From positions 32,001-96,000 of the IMG/VR virus record IMGVR_UViG_3300045988_173642: a stretch of DNA of 64,000 bases, one strand, 5' to 3'. The notes below the pieces were generated by a model. It searched no databases. It saw only the letters and a list, made by a program, of their open reading frames with translations, and was not told where the DNA came from. How positions within the stretch are numbered: the first letter of the stretch is position 1; every line of letters begins with the position of its first letter. Source of the stretch: a virus. The position numbers and the translations under genes were made by a program. This document shows, piece after piece, positions 10,521 through 20,519 of this stretch.

Positions 10521-11117
10521 CTATTTTTTAGTTGTTTCACCCTCTGTTGGTAGAATATAATTCCCATTCATTCCGCAAGCAAAAGCATAGAGCGGCTTGA
10601 ACGTCTTCCAGTCAACGCCAGCCACCAACCATTGCCCCGTGTAGATTTCTGGCATGATGCCGAATGAGAACGATGCGGGGTCGATGCTGCGCACCTCTAC
10701 CATGAGTTGCGCGTCTTCCGCAAACTTTCGCCCTGTGACGGGACAAACGCCCGTGCGCTTCACTTCCATCAACCAGGAGATGAGTTGCAAGCAATGTTGC
10801 GTGAGGTCGTCGGTGGCCCGCTCTAATTGCGTGCCATTGAAACGGCCCAACGTCTGCGAGGAGTCTTTCAATTTGGATAAGAACCAAACTTGGTGCGACA
10901 CCTCGGCCTTGCGTGCGTCTACAAGTTCACCCGTCGTGACCACGCTTTGCAACATACAAGGCGAATGAAGAATGTTAGCATTACGGGAAAACGTATTTTC
11001 AAGGTCGATATAGCGGATGCGGAAGAAACGTTGGTCTTCCAGGCGCTCGCTCTCTGGATTGTGTGACAAAGGCTTGTAGATACTCGCCCAATGTTCAAGA
11101 ATATTGCTGATTGTCAT
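10521..11117 (-). CDS. hypothetical protein (tail-module position)
   Basis: 198-aa ORF 5 nt upstream of the next gene; no motif recognised. Confidence 0.5.
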   Translation of the reverse strand: MTISNILEHWASIYKPLSHNPESERLEDQRFFRIRYIDLENTFSRNANILHSPCMLQSVVTTGELVDARKAEVSHQVWFLSKLKDSSQTLGRFNGTQLERATDDLTQHCLQLISWLMEVKRTGVCPVTGRKFAEDAQLMVEVRSIDPASFSFGIMPEIYTGQWLVAGVDWKTFKPLYAFACGMNGNYILPTEGETTKK

Positions 11118-11275
11118 GATGATTAATTTGGTTGCGTGTCGTTGAAAACAAACGAATGAAAGAATGGATATTTGAATAAACGATTAAACAAACAAACATT
11201 TGAACAGACAAACGTTTATACGAATGAATGTTTGAATAATTGTTGGTTTATATCATTTTTCAGCATCTTCGTGGC

Positions 11276-11848
11276 CTACTCTCCTGCCTTTTCCTCTGCT
11301 TTTTCATCCATCATCTTTTCATCCTTGGCTGATTCATTCTTTTGGTTTTCGTCTTCTTTATTGCCCTCTATCAGTTCTTTCAACTTCATATTGAAATGAC
11401 GTTCCGTCTTATCTGCCACGATTTTCTGCATCACTCGCGCCCATGCCGCCCCGTTGCAAGTGCTCTCGTTTTCGAGGATGGAAACAAACTGTACGGCGCA
11501 ATAAACGGCAGCGAGGTAGTTGGCAAGGTGCAGCTTGTCCATATAGCCAAACAAGCCATCGTCAATGGCCGTTGCCAAAAAGATGGCCATTATAAGCACG
11601 GAGAAGTCCTGCACCATTTTGGCCATTTTCTTCGACCTCAGTTTGCCATCCATTTTACATTTTGGATTTTTCTTGATTTGCTCTCGGAAGCGGGAATAGA
11701 TGCGACGGTTGCAGCGCCATGCCGTGTAGCAATCGAGTACGAGGGCGAAGAAGCACACGGCAATGAAATTAAAACTCGGTTCGATGTAGCACCACACCAC
11801 ACTGATGATGCTGGCCACTACGCGGGCAAGGGAAAAGGTTGTGTTCAT
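11276..11848 (-). CDS. holin-like membrane protein with acidic C-terminal tail
   Basis: Several hydrophobic helices (VVASIISVVWCYI, FIAVCFFALVLDCYTAW, FSVLIMAIFLATAIDD, YLAAVYCAVQFVSIL), resembling phage holin families. No search was run. Confidence 0.45.
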   Translation of the reverse strand: MNTTFSLARVVASIISVVWCYIEPSFNFIAVCFFALVLDCYTAWRCNRRIYSRFREQIKKNPKCKMDGKLRSKKMAKMVQDFSVLIMAIFLATAIDDGLFGYMDKLHLANYLAAVYCAVQFVSILENESTCNGAAWARVMQKIVADKTERHFNMKLKELIEGNKEDENQKNESAKDEKMMDEKAEEKAGE

Positions 11849-11946
11849 ATTTTTTTATGTTTTTGTGTTTGACAAAGCAAAAATAGGGAACAAGCATGAG
11901 ATATATCGGACATCCATCCATTGCCGCAATGTCCTGACGGTGCAAG

Positions 11947-12756
11947 ATGAAAATACTAACTTTACGACAAAACCAACAAAAAACGAACATGTCAGGATTA
12001 ACCAACAATACGCTGGCCCGCATTGATAAATGGCTAAGCTACGGGACGAGCATCGAAGCTGCCTTTCCAAAGTTAGAACAACGCTATCGCATGCAGGTCT
12101 GTTCAGAATTTTACAAACGCTGGGTTCAAAACCGCGACATCGACCCGCGCACCGTGTGTCGCAACATTTCCCGGCGCGACTATGAAATGTTTTTCAATCA
12201 AGCCGCGCAGGGCAATGCAGAAGCGCAGGCCTACGTGCTTGCACTAAAAATCACGCTCGATGACGAGGGAAATATCTGTCCGCGCACCGTCACGGAGCTC
12301 AACAACGACATCATGGTGTGCAACCATCTCATCCGCTTCTTCCAAACGGATGAGAGTCCGCGCCACAAGGCCATGTTCCTCGGTTCGGCAGAATGGCTCA
12401 TCCGAACGGGCAAACAACAAAATAACGACCGCGCCGTGGCAAAGGGCATGGAGGCCCTGGCAAAGGTTTACAAGGATTTCGACGAAGAACGCGACGCGAC
12501 GGACGAGATGCCCGACATGAGCCGCATTGCCATCACGCAAGACGTGAGCATCGTGAAACGCGATCGTGTCAACTATACCGAAGAAGAAAAACTGCGCATG
12601 GCACGCAAATATGGTCTTACGACTAAAGACCTCCAAGAGATTGAAGATGAAGAGCTACTCAGCGGGGGAAAGAATGGGAAAAAGCCAGATTATTTTGAAT
12701 ATTTGGAGATGGAGAACGAGGAAGGAAAAGCGGAAACTAAAGAAGCCAATTTTTAA
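11947..12756 (+). CDS. hypothetical protein (possible small terminase by position; alternative start near 11989)
   Basis: 269-aa ORF heading the plus-strand block that ends with TerL; acidic C-terminus. The function guess is positional only. Confidence 0.4.
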   Translation: MKILTLRQNQQKTNMSGLTNNTLARIDKWLSYGTSIEAAFPKLEQRYRMQVCSEFYKRWVQNRDIDPRTVCRNISRRDYEMFFNQAAQGNAEAQAYVLALKITLDDEGNICPRTVTELNNDIMVCNHLIRFFQTDESPRHKAMFLGSAEWLIRTGKQQNNDRAVAKGMEALAKVYKDFDEERDATDEMPDMSRIAITQDVSIVKRDRVNYTEEEKLRMARKYGLTTKDLQEIEDEELLSGGKNGKKPDYFEYLEMENEEGKAETKEANF

Positions 12757-12891
12757 AACAATGTGCCGACACTTTGCATCAAAACGTTTAGCCATTAAAA
12801 AGCGAATGTTCGAACCTTTTCATCAAAAAATTTGAACTTCAATAAAAACATACCATTGATGGCTTAAAAAAAGTAACAAATCAACAGAGGA

Positions 12892-14040
12892 ATGAACATA
12901 AACATTACGCTTCCAGAAGCCTTAGACCGCGCTTCGGAACGACTACGAAAGAAGATGCTCCACTCGGTGGAACTATTGCAAAAGGCAGAGAAAATTGCGC
13001 TTAGCTATGATACTGAGCAAGGTTATTATTTAGCCTTCAGCGGCGGCAAGGATTCGCAGGCGCTTTACCACATAGCGCAATTAGCAGGCGTGAAGTTCCG
13101 GGGACACATGAACCTCACGAGCGTTGACCCTCCGGAGGTGATACGTTTCGTTAAGCTAAACTATCCAGAAGTAGAACTTATCAAGCCCAAGAAATCCATC
13201 TTTCAAATTGCGATTGAACGGCAGTACCTTCCGACGATGAGAGCTCGTTGGTGTTGCGAAGAATACAAAGAGAAGGCAGGATCGGGCAAAGTGACGCTTA
13301 TCGGCATCCGCAAAGCAGAGAGCGCACGGCGGGCGAAACGCAACGAGGTTGAAATCAGTAGTCGGAAATTCAGCGGCGACCTTGAAGCGCTGGAGGCCTA
13401 CAGGCAGGAACAACGCGCAAAACGCGCACGGCTACAGTCAAAGAAAAAGGGCGTTAACATCACAAATGCCGACAAAGAAACAACCCTTGGTTGCATCCAC
13501 GGCAAAGAGAGTTTGCTCATCTCGCCCATCATCCACTGGGCGGAACAAGATGTATGGGAATTTCTCAACGACGTGGTGAGCGTGTCACATTGCGCGCTAT
13601 ACGATGAAGGTTGGCACCGCATCGGCTGCATAGGTTGTCCGATGAGTTCGTACAAGCAGAAAACACTGGAAAACGAACGCTACCCACACGTGAAACGCGG
13701 TTGGCTTCGGGCCATCAAAAGAATCCGTGATGTGGGGGGACTTCAAAAGAGAATATATCTGGTGGAACATCCGTTCGAACTGGATGCCGATGCAAAACGT
13801 CGGCAGATTGCTCCGAACGCAGGCGGCTACATCAAGCATCCAGCCCCGGAACACAGGATGGGAAAAACGTTCGGGTTTTCATCTTGCTCATCTTCTGACC
13901 GCTTGAACGATGAGCAAGAAAACGAAATAGCGGAGAACATCTACGACTGGTGGATTTCGGGAAAATCATACAAACGATGGTATGCTGAGAAATTCCAACA
14001 GATGAAATTGGATTTTAAAGAGGAAACTAACAATGGCTAA
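12892..14040 (+). CDS. PAPS-reductase-family (PP-loop ATPase) protein
   Basis: PP-loop motif FSGGKDSQ and Cys pairs (WCCEEYK, CIGCP), as in phage PAPS reductase / DndC-like proteins. Confidence 0.75.
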   Translation: MNINITLPEALDRASERLRKKMLHSVELLQKAEKIALSYDTEQGYYLAFSGGKDSQALYHIAQLAGVKFRGHMNLTSVDPPEVIRFVKLNYPEVELIKPKKSIFQIAIERQYLPTMRARWCCEEYKEKAGSGKVTLIGIRKAESARRAKRNEVEISSRKFSGDLEALEAYRQEQRAKRARLQSKKKGVNITNADKETTLGCIHGKESLLISPIIHWAEQDVWEFLNDVVSVSHCALYDEGWHRIGCIGCPMSSYKQKTLENERYPHVKRGWLRAIKRIRDVGGLQKRIYLVEHPFELDADAKRRQIAPNAGGYIKHPAPEHRMGKTFGFSSCSSSDRLNDEQENEIAENIYDWWISGKSYKRWYAEKFQQMKLDFKEETNNG

Positions 14041-14626
14041 AGACTGGACGGGCGGCACGGCTTCCGTGTTCAAAACATTAGGAGCGAGCAACCACAAAGA
14101 CGGGGAACGCCAACGAGAAGATTATTATGCCACAGAGCCGAAAGCAACAGAATGGCTCTGTCGGTTGGAGCAGTTCGAGGGCAGGATATTAGAACCTTCG
14201 TGCGGCGAAGGGCATATCAGCGAGGTGCTGAAGACGGCCGGATATGAAGTGGTGAGCCGAGACCTGATAGATAGAGGCTACGGCGAGGTGGCGGATTTTC
14301 TTGCCATTGACAATCTGGCATGGGATGGCAACATCGTGACCAACCCGCCATACCGATATGCACAGGAGTTTGTGGAGAAGGCACTCAGCATCATTCAAGA
14401 AGGCAAGAAGGTGGCGATGTTTCTCAAACTGACGTTCCTCGAAGGCAAAGCCCGTCGCCATCTTTTCCGTACTACCCCACCCATTCGGGTATGGTGCAGC
14501 TCGTCACGACTGAAATGCGCCATGAACGGTGATTTCTCGTCGATGGATAGCAGCGCGCAAGCCTACGCCTGGTTTATTTGGGAGAAAGGATATAAGGGTG
14601 AGACCGTGGTGAAATGGTTTAACTGA
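14033..14626 (+). CDS. DNA N6-adenine methyltransferase
   Basis: AdoMet motif ILEPSCGEGH followed by catalytic IVTNPPY; overlaps the upstream gene by 8 nt. Confidence 0.75.
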   Translation: MAKDWTGGTASVFKTLGASNHKDGERQREDYYATEPKATEWLCRLEQFEGRILEPSCGEGHISEVLKTAGYEVVSRDLIDRGYGEVADFLAIDNLAWDGNIVTNPPYRYAQEFVEKALSIIQEGKKVAMFLKLTFLEGKARRHLFRTTPPIRVWCSSSRLKCAMNGDFSSMDSSAQAYAWFIWEKGYKGETVVKWFN

Positions 14627-14633
14627 CAAGACA

Positions 14634-15404
14634 ATGATAGAACTCAACAGAATTTACAACGAAAACTGCCTCGAAGGAATGAAGAAGATTCCGGACGAAA
14701 GCGTGGATTGCATTGTGTGTGACTTGCCATACGGCGCATTGAATAAAGGAAACGAAAAAGCGCAATGGGATAACGTTATCCCGACGGAACTGCTATTTCG
14801 GGAGTATTGGCGTGTAGCAAAAGCCGCCGCGCCCGTTATTCTCTTCTGCCAAGGAATGTTCACGGCGCAACTGATGATGGCAGAACGGAAAAACTGGCGA
14901 TATAACCTCGTGTGGATGAAGGACAGACCTACTGGCTTTCTCAACGCGAAGCGCATGCCTATGCGGAAACATGAGGACATCGCCGTGTTCTATCGCGCTT
15001 TGCCGACGTTCCATCCGCAAATGCAACAAGGGGTTCCATCTCATCCGCGAGGGCACAAACACGTGAAGACGAAGGGAAACGCTTGCTACGGCAGTTACGA
15101 CATAGGAATCTATTCCAAGGAAGTGACCACAGAGAAATACCCAACATCCATTATCTACTTTCCCAAAGAGAAACAACTGGGAATGCACCCAACGCAAAAA
15201 CCTGTTGCCCTTCTTCAGTATCTCATCCGCACCTACTCCAACGAGGGCGACACAATCTTAGACAACTGCATGGGGAGCGGCACTACTGCCATTGCAGCCA
15301 TCCGAGAAAAACGCAAATTCGTCGGATTTGAACTCAACAAGGAATATTACGAAAAAGCCTGCAAACGCATCCAAAAGGAACAAGCGCAACTCACGCTGTT
15401 CTAA
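14634..15404 (+). CDS. DNA methyltransferase, beta-class N4/N6 type
   Basis: Catalytic CDLPYG near the N-terminus, then TQKPVALLQYLI and DNCMGSGTTAIAA. This is the motif order typical of the N6_N4 MTase family. Confidence 0.85.
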   Translation: MIELNRIYNENCLEGMKKIPDESVDCIVCDLPYGALNKGNEKAQWDNVIPTELLFREYWRVAKAAAPVILFCQGMFTAQLMMAERKNWRYNLVWMKDRPTGFLNAKRMPMRKHEDIAVFYRALPTFHPQMQQGVPSHPRGHKHVKTKGNACYGSYDIGIYSKEVTTEKYPTSIIYFPKEKQLGMHPTQKPVALLQYLIRTYSNEGDTILDNCMGSGTTAIAAIREKRKFVGFELNKEYYEKACKRIQKEQAQLTLF

Positions 15405-15424
15405 CACACACCAACACTTAAACA

Positions 15425-15652
15425 ATGAGCAAACACGGACGAAGCAAATATTTCAATAAGATTCCGCCTTTTAAGCCCGACCCGGAACACTACACACGGA
15501 AACAACACTCCTGGAAGGCAAAAGTGGCCTACGAAACGGAGGAAGAAGCGTGGGAGTTCCTGCAACAGAATCCAAAGATGATGGCGCAGGGCTATCGGGC
15601 TTACCGATGCAGGGCGTGCCAGAGATGGCACGTGGGACACAAAGCAAACTAA
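15425..15652 (+). CDS. hypothetical small protein (CxxC...H near C-terminus)
   Basis: 75-aa ORF between the MTase and TerL, same strand. Confidence 0.4.
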   Translation: MSKHGRSKYFNKIPPFKPDPEHYTRKQHSWKAKVAYETEEEAWEFLQQNPKMMAQGYRAYRCRACQRWHVGHKAN

Positions 15653-15686
15653 GGAACGAAGAACAATTCAAAACCAAGAACAAGAG

Positions 15687-17687
15687 ATGCAACAGGCACA
15701 CAACATTTATCTAACCAAATTCCAGCAACAGTCGCTCTACATGGGGGCGAAGGATGAGCGCGTGATTGCGGCCCGCCGCGTGGGTAAGACGGACGGACTT
15801 GTGGCTCCTTACGTCTGGACGGCAAGTAACTCAATGCCTGGTATGCTCGGCGCATGGGTGGCGGTGTCGCGCCAACAGGGATTTGGCAAAACGATTCCAG
15901 GGACGATGGCCGCAATGGAGCGTATGTTTGGCTTCACGCAAGGCATTCATTTTGGATGGGGACGACCGCCGAAGCATGCGCGAGAGAGCATTTTCAAACC
16001 GAAGAACTATGACAACTACATTTGGTTTGCCAATGGTGCCGGATGGGTTCTTATTTCTCTCTCGCAGACGGCATCTGCCAACTCCTATACTTTCTCGGCG
16101 ATGGTGGGCGACGAAGCCAGATTCTTTCCTTATAAGAAGGTGACGGACGAACTGATGCCGGCACTGTCGGGTCAAACGCATCCGCTGGGCAATATCAACT
16201 TCTCAGACTACAATCCTTGGTATAAGTCGACACGCTTTCTCTCTGATGCCTCACTCACGGCGAAGGGCTCGTGGCTGGAAAAAGAAGAAGAAAAGCTGGA
16301 AAAGGAAGTAGAGATTGGCCCTTTCAAGGGAAAGACGTATCGTTGGGTGCAGGAACGCTTGGAGGAATATGCCGACAAGGTGATACGCTACAACGACCTT
16401 CTGTATAACGCGAAAAAGACAGGGCACGGAGTACACGTGGTCAACGCCGATCTGCGCACGATGATACGCGCCGTCGCACTGAAGATGATGAACCACGAAG
16501 GGCCGTTTCGCATAATGCCCAACCACGGCAAACACGTGACAAAAGGCATGGTGGAGATGGCCGTCAATTATAAGCTGGTGCCGCAAGAAGATGCCGAACT
16601 CATTTACGATTACGAATATCTGATTACGCCAGAAGAGGACTTTGAAATGCAAATGTTCCTGCGCTCAAAGAAATTCTCCGAGGACTATCTGAGAGAACTT
16701 CGCCGCGTGGCTTTCTGTGTGCGACGGGCATCATCGCTCGACAATGTGGACATCCTGGGTGAAGACTATATCCGGCAGATGAAACGTGACTTGCCCCCAT
16801 ATACCTTCGCGGTTTCAATTCTCAACGTGAAGGTGCAGAAGTCGAACGACGGTTTTTATTCAAACCTCGACATAGACCATGTTCATGGATATATCCCCGA
16901 CGAAATAGACCCTCTCACGGCCGCCAATTTTAAGACTCAGAAGGCCACGGGCATCATCAACGGCAAGCGCATCACGAGCGAGAGCTATCAGCCTGACTTC
17001 CAAGAACTCGCTGAGCGAAACGACTGCCGCATGGATGCTGACTGCATTAACGCGCTTCCGTTGTATATAGCGTTTGACTACAATGCCAATCTGAACACGC
17101 TCGTTGTTGGGCAACGGTATGAACGCGATGGCATGGATTGCTTGAACGTGATAAAGAGTTTCTACGTGAAGAACGAGCGCAAATTGCGCGAACTCATTGC
17201 GGATTTCTCCGACTATTATGCGCCGAAGCGAGCCATCAACCCCGACGTGACGTTCTTCTATGATGCCACGGCCAAGCAGGGGGCATCCTACGCTTCAACA
17301 GACGAACGCTTCTACATGACCGTGATTTCGGAACTGGAGAAACGCGGATGGAACGTCACGGCGATTGACATGGGGGCACCGGAACGCCACGATGTCAAAC
17401 ACAAGATTATTAATGAAGGCTTGGCCCACCAGTCGCCGCCGGCCATCCGCATCAACCAAACAAACAACCCAGACCTTATCATCGCCATGCAGCTCTGCGA
17501 GGTGGAAATATCTTACAGGGGATTCCACAAAGACAAATCGGGAGAGAAAAAGCCGGAGAGCGAAGATTCGGATTCTCTACCGCTCCAGCAACGAACGGAC
17601 TTCACGGATGCTTTCGACACACTGTATCTCGGCGTCAAACTTTTTCTTGGCGGATGGGGATGGGTGGTCATGCCCAGCGGAAGATAG
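15687..17687 (+). CDS. terL: terminase large subunit
   Basis: Walker A-like AARRVGKTDG, Walker B-like MVGDEARFF, 666 aa with a nuclease-sized C-terminal half. Confidence 0.85.
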   Translation: MQQAHNIYLTKFQQQSLYMGAKDERVIAARRVGKTDGLVAPYVWTASNSMPGMLGAWVAVSRQQGFGKTIPGTMAAMERMFGFTQGIHFGWGRPPKHARESIFKPKNYDNYIWFANGAGWVLISLSQTASANSYTFSAMVGDEARFFPYKKVTDELMPALSGQTHPLGNINFSDYNPWYKSTRFLSDASLTAKGSWLEKEEEKLEKEVEIGPFKGKTYRWVQERLEEYADKVIRYNDLLYNAKKTGHGVHVVNADLRTMIRAVALKMMNHEGPFRIMPNHGKHVTKGMVEMAVNYKLVPQEDAELIYDYEYLITPEEDFEMQMFLRSKKFSEDYLRELRRVAFCVRRASSLDNVDILGEDYIRQMKRDLPPYTFAVSILNVKVQKSNDGFYSNLDIDHVHGYIPDEIDPLTAANFKTQKATGIINGKRITSESYQPDFQELAERNDCRMDADCINALPLYIAFDYNANLNTLVVGQRYERDGMDCLNVIKSFYVKNERKLRELIADFSDYYAPKRAINPDVTFFYDATAKQGASYASTDERFYMTVISELEKRGWNVTAIDMGAPERHDVKHKIINEGLAHQSPPAIRINQTNNPDLIIAMQLCEVEISYRGFHKDKSGEKKPESEDSDSLPLQQRTDFTDAFDTLYLGVKLFLGGWGWVVMPSGR

Positions 17688-17708
17688 CAAACACCACGCA
17701 ACAAAAAA

Positions 17709-17740
17709 AGGCAGACGTTTCACAACGGCTGCCTTTTTCG
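17709..17740 (+). terminator. intrinsic terminator after terL
   Basis: AGGCAG...CTGCCT hairpin followed by TTTTCG. Confidence 0.6.
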
Positions 17741-17803
17741 TCTCTTCGCTAAGAGACTCGTTCTTAACTCATGATTTAAATAGTTCACTACATTATTCAC
17801 ACT

Positions 17804-18133
17804 TTACATCATCTCATGCCGCGCCCCTCGGAGCCACGACTTGAGGTTTATATATTGCTCATGGTCGAAATTGGCATCCCGCCATGCAGCATATTGCCTA
17901 TATGTTAGTTCGTTTTCAACGACACGCACCATGTCTTCCACGCCAAGACAATCACATTCTTCAAAATCGCAGACGCCGCCACGCTCATCGGCCACCCAAT
18001 ACCAATTGCGACAACCGTCAAACAACTGGCTGTTGACTTCTTCGGCCAGAGCGTCGCACGCTTCCTTGAACACACGAACAGCGCCAATGGCACCATGCCG
18101 CTCCTTAGTTTTCTTCAATATCTTGTTGATCAT
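17804..18133 (-). CDS. hypothetical protein
   Basis: 109-aa ORF, first of a long minus-strand run of small genes. Confidence 0.5.
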   Translation of the reverse strand: MINKILKKTKERHGAIGAVRVFKEACDALAEEVNSQLFDGCRNWYWVADERGGVCDFEECDCLGVEDMVRVVENELTYRQYAAWRDANFDHEQYINLKSWLRGARHEMM

Positions 18134-18149
18134 ATTCGTTTGGTTTTAA

Positions 18150-18395
18150 TCAAAGCACCGCAAATTCCTGTTGCTTTTGGTCGCGATGTGCCTTGATGTA
18201 TTGTTTGATTTGCTGGATGATGTCGTTTTTTTCTTCGGCCGTTATGTAAGCTTCTAAATCGACGTAACCCATTCCTTTCGCACATCGAAAATAATAGAAA
18301 TCATCTTTGACCGATTCCAAATACAACAGAGTGTCATTAAACCTCGTCAACTCTTTACAGACTTTATTGGCTTTATCTAAATCTTCCTGTTTCAT
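18150..18395 (-). CDS. hypothetical protein
   Basis: 81-aa ORF with a 4-nt overlap with the upstream gene. Confidence 0.5.
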   Translation of the reverse strand: MKQEDLDKANKVCKELTRFNDTLLYLESVKDDFYYFRCAKGMGYVDLEAYITAEEKNDIIQQIKQYIKAHRDQKQQEFAVL

Positions 18396-18847
18396 TGTTC
18401 CAGTATTAATGGTTTAACTCTTAATCTGCATCCCATCGCATCTAACAAGGCTTGCAATTCATGAACGCCGTGTATGCAGTTCAAAACCATTCCGACCTTC
18501 CTATCCACGAAACATCCGGGGAAAACAAAAGGGCAAAATCCGTCTCCGTCCACTGATTTTCGGATGCCGATTAACTTGTCATCAAATAATCTAACCATCA
18601 AAGGACCACCATACACATAGTCCCAGCCGTGCGCCTTCAATATGGCCTCACTCAATGGAAACGGCGACATACTGAGTGCTGATGTTATGCTATTTTGTGT
18701 GCCGCCTTTTTCGTAGATTTCCTTATGGCGTATCATTCCACTTATACTATCAACACCAAGCACGACGGAATACACGTAGCTATTAAAATGATTATTGTCT
18801 TGCACGACGATGTCGCCAATACGCAATGAATTGATGTTAATGCTCAT
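18392..18847 (-). CDS. hypothetical protein, paralogue of 19629-20090
   Basis: N-terminal MSININSLRIGDIVV...GVDSISGMIRHKEIYE...MSPFPLSEAILKAHGW aligns with MINISDIRIGDIIT...GIDNISGTIRHREVYE...MSPFPLSVELLKANGW. Confidence 0.55.
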   Translation of the reverse strand: MSININSLRIGDIVVQDNNHFNSYVYSVVLGVDSISGMIRHKEIYEKGGTQNSITSALSMSPFPLSEAILKAHGWDYVYGGPLMVRLFDDKLIGIRKSVDGDGFCPFVFPGCFVDRKVGMVLNCIHGVHELQALLDAMGCRLRVKPLILEQ

Positions 18848-18862
18848 AGCTTTTGTGATTTA

Positions 18863-19453
18863 TCATTTCTTAATCAGGTTGAAGTCCGCCAAAATTTTGA
18901 TGAATTGTTTGCCACAATACGTGGCGAGATCATTGCTCTTAAAGCAAAGGCAAGAACCGAAGCTCGCATCCGTACACGAGGGGGAGTAAATCGTACCCGC
19001 ATAAGCGAAGCCCGCCCAGTCTCCTGAATAGTCGCCTGTTGATATGAGGTGTCGGTCGGCTTTCCATTCGTCACTCTTCTCCGACAGTTCTTCTTCCGTC
19101 CATAGCGCGAACCAAGGAAACCAACGCCGCTCGTATTTTGTGAACAGAGGTTTCCAACCCTCATTCAGGGCGGCGGCGATGATACAAAGCTTCAAGTATG
19201 CAATAAAGTCGTGACCGTCACTTGTAAAATTTCCGCTTTTCACAATCGCATGATATTGCTCTACGAAAAGGTTGTCTTCTCCCAACTCACGGCAAGCGTC
19301 CTCAAAGGTCTTCACACGTTCTATAATCGGGCGATTTGCGACTGTCTGTGCCTCTGTTTCTTTCAATTCGGGTAAGAGAGCAAGAAGTACTTTTTTGACG
19401 CTCTTGTCGGCGGCTTTCAAAGCAGCTTTTGCGTTTTCAATATTGATTTCCAT
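18863..19453 (-). CDS. hypothetical protein
   Basis: 196-aa ORF between the two paralogues. Confidence 0.55.
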   Translation of the reverse strand: MEINIENAKAALKAADKSVKKVLLALLPELKETEAQTVANRPIIERVKTFEDACRELGEDNLFVEQYHAIVKSGNFTSDGHDFIAYLKLCIIAAALNEGWKPLFTKYERRWFPWFALWTEEELSEKSDEWKADRHLISTGDYSGDWAGFAYAGTIYSPSCTDASFGSCLCFKSNDLATYCGKQFIKILADFNLIKK

Positions 19454-19628
19454 AAATACTGTTATTTTTTGGTTGTTTTCTTTGATGTCTTCTTTTGGGG
19501 TTCGGCAGCGGGCTGTTTTATTCCGCCCGTTTCAGGGTCAGCACCCACAAGGGCTTGCGCACCCATTTCCTGAGCGATAGCGGCTGCAGCTCTTTAGAGA
19601 TTCTCGTATTCTGTAATATCTATGATTG

Positions 19629-20090
19629 TCAGGGTTTGATTTTTACTCTTACTCTTGATATATCTCTTATCTTCCACATATCAAGCAGCGCTTGCAGTTC
19701 ATGCACAGAGTCGATTTCGTACATAAACATCGCATCGTGCATTATTTTTGAACTATCTGGAAACAATATCGGGCAGAACGCATCATAAAATAACGCAGAA
19801 GATATAAGTCCGATGGTAATAGGCTCAAAATCTGCAAAAAGCATGCTTACTCCATTTACTGATGACTTCTGCCATCCGTTTGCTTTCAGTAATTCTACTG
19901 AAAGCGGAAACGGCGACATATCTTCGAATGAAGAAATAGCCATTTGTGTACCTTCATATTCATATACCTCTCTGTGACGAATAGTACCGCTGATGTTGTC
20001 AATACCTTCAACGATAGAGTATTTATAGCCTTCGTACTTGTTTTCTTTGGTGATAATATCACCAATTCTTATATCACTGATGTTTATCAT
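19629..20090 (-). CDS. hypothetical protein, paralogue of 18392-18847
   Basis: See 18392-18847. Confidence 0.55.
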   Translation of the reverse strand: MINISDIRIGDIITKENKYEGYKYSIVEGIDNISGTIRHREVYEYEGTQMAISSFEDMSPFPLSVELLKANGWQKSSVNGVSMLFADFEPITIGLISSALFYDAFCPILFPDSSKIMHDAMFMYEIDSVHELQALLDMWKIRDISRVRVKIKP

Positions 20091-20144
20091 TTTATTCCTC
20101 CTCGTTTATGGCTGGTATCACTTACTCACGTTTAATTTCTTTCT

Positions 20145-20396
20145 TCAATTTAACTTGTAGCACCACCCGAGAAGGCGATTAAATGACAGCGCTAAGTTTT
20201 CTGGGCCATGAAGGGACATCATTAGGAAAAAATAACCGCTTTCATCAACTTCACCATCACAATATCCACGATATACCAGTCCGTTATCCATCACAAAACA
20301 GGCTTCTCGGTTTTCGTCTATTTTCCCCAGTTCTTCTTTGCTTTTCAACACTCTGCGACTTCCATCTGCGAATGTTACTGTTTTTTTTGTTTCCAT
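20145..20396 (-). CDS. hypothetical protein
   Basis: 83-aa ORF in the same-strand run. Confidence 0.45.
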   Translation of the reverse strand: METKKTVTFADGSRRVLKSKEELGKIDENREACFVMDNGLVYRGYCDGEVDESGYFFLMMSLHGPENLALSFNRLLGWCYKLN

Positions 20397-20519
20397 TGTA
20401 TTTGAATTTTAAAAAGCCGTCCGTACTTGCAAATACGAACGACACCTTAGTATGAATTTATGTAATAGAGAATAGCGAAAGCACTAATTACATCTATCCA
20501 TTACGGCCGCCCTTGTTAA

